A stretch of 64,000 bases of DNA from Candidatus Thorarchaeota archaeon (GTDB taxonomy: Archaea > Asgardarchaeota > Thorarchaeia > Thorarchaeales > Thorarchaeaceae), in assembly GCA_048882325.1 (NCBI GenBank), contig JBHLRS010000013.1:7668-71667 (forward strand). The letters run 5' to 3'. The translations under genes were made by a program, and so were the position numbers. The notes beneath the pieces are model-generated. The model was not told the origin of the DNA, ran no database searches, and saw nothing but the letters and a program-made list of their open reading frames with translations. Of this stretch, positions 17,001-26,356 are shown piece after piece (positions within the stretch are counted from its first letter, which is position 1; every line of letters begins with the position of its first letter).

Positions 17001-20000
17001 CTAGACACCAAAGTACTCTTTGACATCAGATTTGCTGTCCTCTTTCCGTCGCTTGGCTTCCCTCTTTCTCTCATCGGGTGTGCGCTCTCGTTTCCAATCA
17101 ATACTATCGCCGCGCCTCCTGCGCAGGTAGATCCATCCACCAACAACAACAGCTACCACTCCACCTAGGACTCCAAGAATAAGAACTGGGAATGGTCGAA
17201 TGAGGATGAAGTTCTCCAATGTGAGAGTGAGTGTGTCATATCCATTCATATGTCCGAGGATATGCAAGTCTAGCTCACCTAGGTTTGCGCGGGTCCATGC
17301 TGCATCCAAGTTAAGGATATAGTATCCTTCTCCCATTTCAAGAGGTGTGATTCCAGTTGTGTTTAACCAAGCAGAAAGACTGACAGACTCAATATAATTA
17401 CCAACCTGATCAGTGAGCCTAAGGAGAATATCGACTCGATCACCCGCCCAGATAATCTCTTGACTTAATGATATCTCACTCAAGATGATTGATGGTGTAC
17501 TGCTCCAGGAGATAGAATTCTCAAGAGTAGCTACATCACTAGGGAGTGTTGTCGTGAGAGCAACCTTGCCAGATCCCACCGCCCCTGCAACAATGACAGG
17601 ATCTACCCCATCTGTGGCTACGATGGAAAGATTCTCCCAGACTGATGAGAAGTGACCGGAGTAATCTACTGTCGGGCTGAGGGAGTTGGGACTTATCATC
17701 AATGGATGTGTTGCATCCTCAATAGTAATCGATGTTCCAGTTCCACTGGCATCATACGAGATTGGCCATGGGAACCATGGAATGGATTGAGTCACACCAA
17801 AGACTATCAAGACACCACCATCTCTGACATAAGCCTCAAAAGCCCCACTTGAGGAAGAAAGGCTAGAGCTTAGGTCACTCAAGGTATCCGGTTCTACAAT
17901 TACAAGCTGACGCAGCGGTAGGAGTTGAAGGAACTCTGTATAGTTAGAAGACTCGTAGTACTCGTAGCTTGCACCCAAACCAGCCAGACTAGTTGGAAGG
18001 TATGAGGAAACCCCAAGTGCAGCTACAGCTCGAATCCCCTGTCCAGGTTCGTGGGTGTCAAATGGCACATCTGTTGGATCTACTGATGAAACATGAGGAG
18101 AGGTTGCAGGCTCGTATAGTCGAATCGATGGATCACCAAAGAGGACCTGTTGGTTTCCATAGTCACGAGGATCACGACCAACCAGTGGATCGGAATAATC
18201 AGCAGATGTGAGACTAAGACCGATAGAGAGTGCATCGCCAACTGTATTACCCTCGGAGAGCTCTTGAGCCAAAACTACTGAAAGCATACCTGCTGCTTGG
18301 AAGTAAACTGTTCGAGGAGCGGCGGTAACTGCCACGGCTCCATGTTCCATCAACATCAAAGGCATTTCGGTTCCTCCAAGGAGACAGGCTGTGAGAATCA
18401 CAATAGGACTACCGATGTTGCCAATAGATGCTTCCAGTTCATCCGTTGACTTTACAACATGGTTCGATACTTCGGGAAATGCAACTGGATTGACCAGATG
18501 GTTCGAGTCTGTGGGACTTTCTCGAGTGGTTAGACTATCTTCAAATCCATATGGTGCATCTGCGGTTCTCAATGAGATATACCCCACACCATACGGTCTA
18601 TCAGGTGGGTCTCGAGGCAGCTTTGTCAGTGTTCCATGTGTGCTAAGTGACCATAGGGCAATTTGTGAATCAAGAGTGTCAAAGACCTCATTCTGTCCCA
18701 CATGCTGCTCTATGAGAAAACCAGCAGAACCGAGGGCATCAGTAGTGTTATCAAGTTGGACTAACAGATGGGTGTCCAAATTGTTATCCCAGTATATTTC
18801 GCCATCAGTATAGGCATACATACTCACGAGAGCAGTGTCAGCCTCATCGGCCTGAAGGAAGAGAAACCTGTGGAGGAGGCCTCTGTTAATGAGAATAGAA
18901 GTCAAGGCAGGTGTTGTCGCAGGAATTCGCCCTGGACTGAAATGGGATTGAAGTGATCTATCAAAGCTCAGTGGTATTAGAGAAACAGGTGAAACGACAA
19001 CTACAGGCTGATTCATTGTTGTGTTGTAAGCACCACGTGAGATGAGAAACGACTCAAATGATCCCTCTGATTCCATCATTGAGAACTTGTTCGGAATCCT
19101 TTCATCGTACCAACCATTTTCTGCTCGGTTCTCGTACTTGTGAATAACGTAGATGTTGTCGATTTCCGGACCTATCATATATGGGGCCCAGGTTTCTTGT
19201 GCGAGTGTAGTTAGCTCATTTGAGTTCCCACAGAGAGAGAATACTGGACTCCCGTGAGCTGCAGCTGAGAATGCAGCAGGAGCAAAGAATTCGTCCCCAT
19301 CACCTGTAGGAATAGAAACCACAATGTCGTGTGATCCTGAGAGGGACTTAATCATTGAGGTCATTCCAGAATAACTCACAATATTATTGAGAGTCCCATA
19401 TGCAGCAAGTAAAGCAGCTAGTCCTGCGTCTTGATGATTGGTTGGGTCGATAAGATAGACATCCGTAACACCAAGATAGTTGAGAGCCCAAGATGTTTCA
19501 GCTGGGATTGTGTCTTCATAGACATACAATAACGGAGCATTGAGGAGAGAGGCCAAGACAGCAGCATTTGATGCAGACTCCATGTATGTCTGAATATCTG
19601 CATCAATTCTAGAGATTGCCCAAGAAAGCTCGATGTTATTCTGTTCCAGAGTTGCATCCATCCAAGCTGCAATGATAGTCCAATCTCCAGCCTTGGGATA
19701 AGGGAGTTCAATTTCTTCTTGCCCGGGATTTGATAAGATACTTCCAGCAGGGGCCCACATTGCTAGTCTCCCATCTGGGTCGATAAGAGCAAGATTTAGG
19801 TTAGTTGCAGCGTTATCCCAAAGAAGTGATACATTCAACCACTTAGCGTTTGCAGGAACCAATACAGATTGTGTATATCCAGGATGATAGAGAACTTCAT
19901 TATCCATGTTCGTCGTACCACTGATATCACGGGTGAGGTTCATGGTCCAGACCCCATCTGAGGTCTTAGGGAACCAAAAATTCAGAGGAACTGGAGTAAC

Positions 20001-20798
20001 TACATAACCGACTTGTCTTGAGAAAAAGACTTGGTTTATAACAGAATAATCGACTATCACGCCATTTGGATCAATAAGTTCATGTGTCAGTAGCTCATCA
20101 CCGGTCCAATTGAACCTTCCTTCAATCCAACCCGCCCATGCAGGAGGAGTGAAGCTGATGCTCGAAGGAGCGCCATATGTGACAGTTCCACCGAACTCTG
20201 ATAATTCCGAAGCTTGATTTTGAAATGTGTAAGTTGCACTGCCAGTAGTGACTATTGGAGAACCAAACTCATCTTTTAGGAGAGCTACAACTGCAGTTGA
20301 ACTTGACCGCCATTCGTTCATTGCAAGTAGTGAAGCGATCTCAGCAGCGGAACTTCCTCTGATTCGTGGATAGATCTTTGTTCCCAAGTCAAACTGAAGT
20401 TGAGTCAGTTCACTCTCTGTGAAATCACCAACAGCAATTGCCTGTGCAACTCCTCCGTCGGTTTCTAGATACTGAGACCAATCCTCCAAGAGCCAGGATT
20501 CACTCTGTGAGCCCTCACTATAGATGAGGGGTGATATGTACTGGGTGTTGTTATGGTAGAAGATTGATGTCGGGACTGTGGCCATGTATGCAAACTCATC
20601 CATGTATGAATTAGGATCGGGAGCAACGAAAGCAACCCGTGATAGTGGAACTTGATCTGTTGGAACGTCACTCAGAGTGTGACTAGGTGAAATAGAAACA
20701 GTTCCTGAGTTGATGAAAGATTCAGTGATTGGACCCAGTGTTCCTATCATGAGAACTACTAGAAGAATCGAGAGCATCTTTTTCCTAGAATTGGTCAT
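17001..20798 (-). CDS. Large (1265 aa) membrane-anchored surface protein, possible clan CD (gingipain/C25-like) cysteine peptidase domain
   Basis: N-terminal signal/TM (MLSILLVVLMIGTLGP). C-terminal TM (VLILGVLGGVVAVVVGGWIYL) followed by a basic tail RRRRG...KRRKED. The central LWSLSTHGT ... SPIVILTACLLGG resembles the His-Gly / Ala-Cys dyad preceded by hydrophobic strands. The CDS itself is certain; the peptidase call is tentative. Confidence 0.6.
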   Translation of the reverse strand: MTNSRKKMLSILLVVLMIGTLGPITESFINSGTVSISPSHTLSDVPTDQVPLSRVAFVAPDPNSYMDEFAYMATVPTSIFYHNNTQYISPLIYSEGSQSESWLLEDWSQYLETDGGVAQAIAVGDFTESELTQLQFDLGTKIYPRIRGSSAAEIASLLAMNEWRSSSTAVVALLKDEFGSPIVTTGSATYTFQNQASELSEFGGTVTYGAPSSISFTPPAWAGWIEGRFNWTGDELLTHELIDPNGVIVDYSVINQVFFSRQVGYVVTPVPLNFWFPKTSDGVWTMNLTRDISGTTNMDNEVLYHPGYTQSVLVPANAKWLNVSLLWDNAATNLNLALIDPDGRLAMWAPAGSILSNPGQEEIELPYPKAGDWTIIAAWMDATLEQNNIELSWAISRIDADIQTYMESASNAAVLASLLNAPLLYVYEDTIPAETSWALNYLGVTDVYLIDPTNHQDAGLAALLAAYGTLNNIVSYSGMTSMIKSLSGSHDIVVSIPTGDGDEFFAPAAFSAAAHGSPVFSLCGNSNELTTLAQETWAPYMIGPEIDNIYVIHKYENRAENGWYDERIPNKFSMMESEGSFESFLISRGAYNTTMNQPVVVVSPVSLIPLSFDRSLQSHFSPGRIPATTPALTSILINRGLLHRFLFLQADEADTALVSMYAYTDGEIYWDNNLDTHLLVQLDNTTDALGSAGFLIEQHVGQNEVFDTLDSQIALWSLSTHGTLTKLPRDPPDRPYGVGYISLRTADAPYGFEDSLTTRESPTDSNHLVNPVAFPEVSNHVVKSTDELEASIGNIGSPIVILTACLLGGTEMPLMLMEHGAVAVTAAPRTVYFQAAGMLSVVLAQELSEGNTVGDALSIGLSLTSADYSDPLVGRDPRDYGNQQVLFGDPSIRLYEPATSPHVSSVDPTDVPFDTHEPGQGIRAVAALGVSSYLPTSLAGLGASYEYYESSNYTEFLQLLPLRQLVIVEPDTLSDLSSSLSSSSGAFEAYVRDGGVLIVFGVTQSIPWFPWPISYDASGTGTSITIEDATHPLMISPNSLSPTVDYSGHFSSVWENLSIVATDGVDPVIVAGAVGSGKVALTTTLPSDVATLENSISWSSTPSIILSEISLSQEIIWAGDRVDILLRLTDQVGNYIESVSLSAWLNTTGITPLEMGEGYYILNLDAAWTRANLGELDLHILGHMNGYDTLTLTLENFILIRPFPVLILGVLGGVVAVVVGGWIYLRRRRGDSIDWKRERTPDERKREAKRRKEDSKSDVKEYFGV

Positions 20799-20896
20799 AC
20801 GGGCGCACTCCGATAGAATTCAACATGATGACGAATTCTATGTAAATAGAGTTTTCCTGTGGAAAGCAATAAAGAATATGATATGGAGTGATTAGC

Positions 20897-21769
20897 TTAA
20901 TCTTCCTGAAACTCAAGCAGATCCTCATCAAACTCCTCATCATCATCATCAGATTCAGTTTCTTCAGGTAGCGCGTCAATGAGTTCATCAATCACACGAC
21001 GTAGTCTCCTACGAGTGCTCTTGGGAACATCCCACATTTTTTGTTCAGCTCGTTCCAAAACCTCTCGTGCAATATCATAGATTTCAGAGTCATAGTAGTT
21101 CTGTGCGGCTTCCACAAAGAGTTCAGCTGCTTTTTTCTGGTTCCCTGCAGTTTCTGCAATATCACCTAGGAGTGAACAAGCATCAGCGACTCCAGATTTA
21201 TCATCAATCTCTCGATAGACCTTTAGAGCCTTCTTGATTGTGGTTTCAGCAGTTGTCCAATCCTCTTTATCAACGTAGGCAGCGCCCATGTCCATAATCA
21301 CACTTGCCACACCTTGTTCATTTTCAAGTGATTTGTATGCTTTTTGGGCTTTCTTGAAGTGATCCATGGCAGTATCAAAACTGCCATGTCCTAGACTTGC
21401 CAATGCAAGACCATACAAGGCATCAGCTGCACCGCTGTCGTTGGATGACTTCTCAAACATCTTTCTTGCTGACTCAAGTGTGGAAATGGCTTCATCCCAT
21501 TGTTCAAGATTAATCTGTGCGACCCCAAGGTTGTACATTGTGTCACAAATACCAGTTTCATCCTTCAAATCCTGATAGATCTTTAATGAGTCCTCGAAGC
21601 ACTTGTGAGCCTCCTCAAATTCAGCGACTGACATGTAGATGTTTCCAACAGCATTGAACATCTTTGCAGCAGTATCATTGTCTCCAGCCTCTAGTGCGGC
21701 TTGTGCCTGTTCCAATAACTCAGCCGGGTCCATGTCTTCGATGTCATCACTCATTTGGCTCACCTGCAA
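20897..21769 (-). CDS. Tetratricopeptide-repeat protein with acidic C-terminal tail
   Basis: About seven 34-40-aa repeats of the A-x-x-Y/F-x-x-A-L pattern (AAKMFNAVGNIY, EAHKCFEDSLKIY, AMDHFKKAQKAY, KKALKVY). Tail ETESDDDDEEFDEDLLEFQED. Confidence 0.8.
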   Translation of the reverse strand: MQVSQMSDDIEDMDPAELLEQAQAALEAGDNDTAAKMFNAVGNIYMSVAEFEEAHKCFEDSLKIYQDLKDETGICDTMYNLGVAQINLEQWDEAISTLESARKMFEKSSNDSGAADALYGLALASLGHGSFDTAMDHFKKAQKAYKSLENEQGVASVIMDMGAAYVDKEDWTTAETTIKKALKVYREIDDKSGVADACSLLGDIAETAGNQKKAAELFVEAAQNYYDSEIYDIAREVLERAEQKMWDVPKSTRRRLRRVIDELIDALPEETESDDDDEEFDEDLLEFQED

Positions 21770-21876
21770 ATATCAACGGTGGCGGCCTATATCGCTTTTG
21801 ATTCTTTCTGAACGACTCAAACGATGTAGACGTGTACATAAGTAAAGCGCGGATTCAAGAAAACTAATTTGAAATA

Positions 21877-22578
21877 TTAGCGAGGCATCAGCAAAACTGG
21901 ATTCTCGAGTAGTGGGCGTACTGCATCCTTCACCATAAACTGTTCATCACCCACTTGAACCTCTAGGAGTTTTCTAAGTTCAAACCTGCGAAGATATCCG
22001 ACAGCTTGGTCTCGTTCTAAGTTAAGATCCTTCATCATCTTGCTTAGCCCTTTCTTGTCACCACTGAATTCAGCGAATTTTCCAAAGACTGAACTCCATT
22101 GCATCATTACTAGATACAGCAATGTACGAAGCATGCTGTCAACATTTTCACCAGTCTTTGCTGATACAGGGAAGACTGGGAGTCCTGCAAGAAACCGAAG
22201 GTTCTTTCTTAGTTGGTCAATTGGTCTTGACTCAGGAATATCTTGCTTGTTTGCGGCCACTACACATGGCACACCAGGTAGGAAGAATGCAATCTCCCTG
22301 AAGAATAGCTTTGCTCTAGCATCAGATTCAGGGTCAACTGAATCTACTACAAAGATTATACCATCAGCTCCTTCACTGAGAATCTTTCTCATTGTGCGAA
22401 AACGAAGTAGACCCGGGGTTCCAAACATAAAGACGTTTAACCCATCTACATTTGCTAGACCGTGATCCATAGCTATTGTAGTACCCCTACGTTCAACATT
22501 GATACATTGGCCATTGGTGATATGATGAATCATCTGGCTCTTACCAGCTTCATAGGGACCTGTAACGACTATCTTCAT
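21877..22578 (-). CDS. CvnD-like (COG2229) small GTPase with C-terminal winged-helix-like extension
   Basis: KIVVTGPYEAGKSQ (P-loop), TTIAMDHG, FMFGTPGLLRF (switch II with Leu where Gln is usual) and ANKQD (G4). The track starts at TTG 22617; ATG 22578 sits directly before beta-1. Confidence 0.8.
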   Translation of the reverse strand: MKIVVTGPYEAGKSQMIHHITNGQCINVERRGTTIAMDHGLANVDGLNVFMFGTPGLLRFRTMRKILSEGADGIIFVVDSVDPESDARAKLFFREIAFFLPGVPCVVAANKQDIPESRPIDQLRKNLRFLAGLPVFPVSAKTGENVDSMLRTLLYLVMMQWSSVFGKFAEFSGDKKGLSKMMKDLNLERDQAVGYLRRFELRKLLEVQVGDEQFMVKDAVRPLLENPVLLMPR

Positions 22579-22802
22579 TCGACCACCAAATTCTAACTCC
22601 GAATCAGTGTGTTTCAAGTATTCTGCTGCTCATTATAAGGTTTGTAGTGCTATTATCGGTCTAACAACTTCCGGCGCCACAATGCATGTTTCAGACACTA
22701 ATTTCATTGAATTGCGCAATTTGAGAGAACAGAGTAGGATGGAGACCGGCCGCTCGCAACGGCAGTCCTCAAACTCGGGCCCCAGTGGGATTTCCAATGT
22801 CA

Positions 22803-23837
22803 TCATGGGAACTCGGTCTCAATGAACTGAACATCCTGTGCAAGTTTTGCAGAGGGTGATCCATTAGATTTCACGACTTTGCCTACAGGCCAACAAGGCA
22901 GATTCTTCTCCTCAAGTGTGTTGCAGAACTCCTCGACCTTTGTGGAATCGAGGAACACAAGCATGCCACCGGCGGTTTCAGCACCAAGTCCAGTCGCGAG
23001 CTTATGACCAAAGAACTCTGCAAGCTCGAGTGTGCCACGAATAACAGGAATCCGCTCAATGACCACACTGACATCACTAAGAGAACAGACATTCCCAGCA
23101 TGACCGAGAAGGCCAAACCCTGTGACGTCCGTAGCAGCATTTACCTCAACTGCTCTCATCGTTTCAGCAACCTCCAGATTACTGAAGGTCATTAGTCTAA
23201 CAGCAACATCTTGTATTCGTTTTAGGTCACTCTCTTTGAACTTGGACAAGAGCACATCACGCTTCTCATCTTTGAGGTCTCTATATGATCTCATCGCTGG
23301 TTGAATACCCAATGGTTTAGTCAGAAGAACTGCATCACCTGGTTTGGCTCCATGTGAATAGACGACTTCACTAGGGTGTGCAGAACCCAGAGCTATTCCA
23401 CCAAACACGGGAACTGGATTCCTGATTGTCTGACCACCAGCGAGCTTCGCATCATGCCTTTCCATAAAGGTCTTCATACCTTCGAGGACACCTACAACAA
23501 TATTTTCAGGTAGTTCTATGGGATAAGCAAGAAAAGCCTGAAGCGAGAGAAGTTTCGTGACACCCATAGCAAAGATATCATTGGTCGCATTGCACGCGAC
23601 AATCTCTCCCTGTATCTGAGGGTCATCATGTATCGGTGTGAAGATATCCACATTTTCTACAATAGCCACATCATCGTTGACGATACGGACCACAGCATCG
23701 TCCCCGATTTCCTCGGTTACGCATTCACCTAACGGAAGAAGACCAGCGGTCTGTAGAAGACGAGTGAGATCATCCTGGTTGACCTTGCAGCTTCAGCCAT
23801 GAGAAGTTACCATTGCAGTCAACCGCACTTCATGCAC
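22803..23837 (-). CDS. selD: Selenide, water dikinase (selenophosphate synthetase) with in-frame UGA = selenocysteine
   Basis: The track ORF (22803-23693) starts inside the GDDAVV motif. The same frame continues upstream through TGA (23793-23795): (GTG)HEVRLTAMVTSHG-U-SCKVNQDDLTRLLQTAGLLPLGECVTEEIGDDAVVRIV. This aligns with the SelD N-terminus (E. coli IRLTQYSHGAGCGCKI), with U at the Cys17/Sec position. AGGAGG lies 12 nt upstream of GTG 23837. Confidence 0.85.
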
Positions 23838-23989
23838 CTGGTGACTCAACCTCCTGCATCCTTTAAGGCAAGTTAGCCCAACTCACAACTGGAGGTAGCC
23901 AGTAATAAGATTCTGGGTCAAGCTCACTTCACAAGCCTTATAGCCAGTGTCACGAAGCGATGCGCTATTCTAAGAGAGAGTGATTCGAG

Positions 23990-25435
23990 TTGGATATCAA
24001 GAAGGTCTCGGAAAACATTCATGAAATTCCAAAGAGCACACAAGCGTGCATGAAGGTCCCTGTAAAGGTGTTTGCTTCTGACAAACTCGTGCAGAAGATG
24101 CGTCAGGACAAGACCTTCACTCAGGCAACTAATGCAGCTTGCTTGCCTGGAATCTATAAACATAGCATTGTATTGCCGGACGGACATCAAGGCTATGGAT
24201 TCCCCATTGGTGGTGTTGCAGCTACAGATTATGATTCAGGCGTGATTTCTCCAGGGGGAGTTGGATATGACATCAACTGCGGTGTTCGGGTATTACGGAC
24301 TAATCTGGATGAAAGCGATGTCAGACCGAAGATCAGAGACCTTATCGACAGGCTCTTCGAAGAGGTTCCTACCGGTGTGGGTAAGCAGGGTAAAATAGAC
24401 CTACGCAACCACAGCGGTGTAGATGAGGTTCTAGCAAATGGGGCAACATGGGCTGTGGAACAGGGCTATGGATGGGATGAAGACCTGGACCATCAAGAGG
24501 CCAACGGCAGGCTCGAAATCGCAAATCCTTCTGATGTTCCAGACTCTGCAAAGAATCGAGGCATCAAGCAGAGTGGTACCCTTGGTTCGGGCAATCACTT
24601 TCTTGAGATACAGGTCGTAGATGATATCTACGACGAAGAAGCTGCAAAACGTATGGGTATAACAAGAAAGAAACAGATCATGGTAATGATTCATAGTGGG
24701 TCTCGCGGTCTCGGACATCAAGTGTGCTCTGAATACATCAAGACGATGACCCAAGCTATGAGAAAGTACAACATAGAACTTCCAGATAGAGAACTATGCA
24801 GCGCACCCACTACGTCACCAGAGGGACAGGCTTATCTCGGAGCCATGAGCGCAGCAGCAAACTACGCTTTTGCGAATAGACAGGTCATGATGCACTGGAC
24901 AAGAGAGGTATTTGGAAAGGTTCTAGGTAGTACACCAGAAGACCTGGATATGGGTCTGATTTATGACGTTGCTCACAATATGGGCAAAATCGAGGAGCAC
25001 GAGATAGATGGCAAGAAAACCAAGGTTGTTGTCCACAGAAAGGGTGCTACTCGAGCATTTCCACCGGGACACCCAGATGTGCCTACGAAATATCGAGATA
25101 TCGGACAACCGGTGATTATCCCCGGAACCATGGGTACAGCATCGTACATCCTTATCGGAAACGAGAGAGGGATGGACTTGACGTGGGGGTCAACTGCGCA
25201 TGGGGCTGGTCGCTTCATGAGCCGATCGAAAGCCAAGAAACGTTTCTTTGGAAAAGAAGTTCAACAGGATCTTGCTTCCGAGGGGATTCTTGTGAGGGCA
25301 ACCAAGGGTATCGTAATAGCAGAGGAAGCCCCGGGTGCATACAAAGATGTTGATGAAGTTGTGAAAGTGTCTGATGCAGTTGGAATTGCTACAAAGGCTG
25401 TCAGACTACGACCTATCGGTGTTATCAAAGGTTGA
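23990..25435 (+). CDS. rtcB: RNA-splicing ligase RtcB
   Basis: LPDGHQGYGFPIGGV, GGVGYDINCGVR, GSGNHFLE, HSGSRGLGHQV, and the C-terminal HGAGR and PIGVIKG signatures. Confidence 0.95.
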   Translation: MDIKKVSENIHEIPKSTQACMKVPVKVFASDKLVQKMRQDKTFTQATNAACLPGIYKHSIVLPDGHQGYGFPIGGVAATDYDSGVISPGGVGYDINCGVRVLRTNLDESDVRPKIRDLIDRLFEEVPTGVGKQGKIDLRNHSGVDEVLANGATWAVEQGYGWDEDLDHQEANGRLEIANPSDVPDSAKNRGIKQSGTLGSGNHFLEIQVVDDIYDEEAAKRMGITRKKQIMVMIHSGSRGLGHQVCSEYIKTMTQAMRKYNIELPDRELCSAPTTSPEGQAYLGAMSAAANYAFANRQVMMHWTREVFGKVLGSTPEDLDMGLIYDVAHNMGKIEEHEIDGKKTKVVVHRKGATRAFPPGHPDVPTKYRDIGQPVIIPGTMGTASYILIGNERGMDLTWGSTAHGAGRFMSRSKAKKRFFGKEVQQDLASEGILVRATKGIVIAEEAPGAYKDVDEVVKVSDAVGIATKAVRLRPIGVIKG

Positions 25436-26356
25436 GTTTTGAGTTCGTTCACGTGCAGCAATATCTGCAAGCACCATAGCAATTCCGATAAGAATTATAA
25501 CAAACCCGATGATGGTTGTTGGACCAGGGATTTGCGCGAAGATTAGTGCTGCAAGCAAAGCTGCTCCAATAGGTTCGCCGAGTACCGCTGATGAAACCAC
25601 ATATGCTGGGACCTTTGTCAATAGGTAGTTATTGACAGAATGTCCTAGAACTGTTGGAAAGATTGCGAGCGCCAAGAATATTGCGACCTCAGTCGGTTCC
25701 AAGACAATTATGTTGAGATTAATTGTAACACAGATAGGGACTGTTGTAAGTGCAGCTATAAAGTAGATTATTGCAGTGTATACTGTGATTGGCATTTCTT
25801 TCGCAAATCGGCGACCGCCAATAAAATAGAGCGCGAGAAAGACCGCACCTGATAACGCGAGAAGGTCTCCCGATAGAGCAACAATGCCCCCACCCCCAAA
25901 ATCGCCCCATGCTAGAAAGACGGCGCCAATTGAAGCAATGAGTATTCCAGCCCATGATCGTCTTCTCAATGCTTCACCAAGAAAAATAGTCGACAGGATT
26001 GCTGTGTATATTGGGGACGAATCAACGAGAACCACACTTGCAGCCACTGTGGTCATGAATAGTGATTGAAACCATGTGCAAAAATGGAGAGACAATGTTA
26101 TCCCAATGGCTGCTAGCCAAAACCAATTATCCCTTGTAACTAGTTGACGTACTTTCTTGAAGTCACCCCTAACAAGACCAATCGTTGCCATGAAGATGGC
26201 TCCGTAGAGAGTTCTCCAAAAGACAATAACAAAAGGATGAGAAGAACTGAAGAGAATGAGAATGCTTGCACTTGACACCATGGAAACTGAAAGAACCAGA
26301 AGTGGGATTATTTGACGCTTACTGCTTGATGAATCAATAAGCGACTCGGACATCAT
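25406..26356 (-). CDS. EamA/DMT-family transporter
   Basis: 316 aa with about 10 TM segments arranged as two EamA-like halves. The end overlaps the convergent rtcB by 30 nt. Confidence 0.75.
   Translation of the reverse strand: MMSESLIDSSSSKRQIIPLLVLSVSMVSSASILILFSSSHPFVIVFWRTLYGAIFMATIGLVRGDFKKVRQLVTRDNWFWLAAIGITLSLHFCTWFQSLFMTTVAASVVLVDSSPIYTAILSTIFLGEALRRRSWAGILIASIGAVFLAWGDFGGGGIVALSGDLLALSGAVFLALYFIGGRRFAKEMPITVYTAIIYFIAALTTVPICVTINLNIIVLEPTEVAIFLALAIFPTVLGHSVNNYLLTKVPAYVVSSAVLGEPIGAALLAALIFAQIPGPTTIIGFVIILIGIAMVLADIAARERTQNSTFDNTDRS

Noticed and set aside
22741-22770. GC-rich segment tested as a methanogen-type (GAA/A bulge) SECIS hairpin
   Set aside because: Only a 4-bp GCCG/CGGC core plus an imperfect outer helix can be drawn. 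There is no GAA bulge opposite a single A. It is retained only as a region of interest in the findings.
23924-24190. 88-aa minus-strand ORF spanning the selD-rtcB divergent spacer and the rtcB 5' end
   Set aside because: It overlaps the conserved RtcB N-terminus in antisense and is in a different frame from selD. It has no motif.
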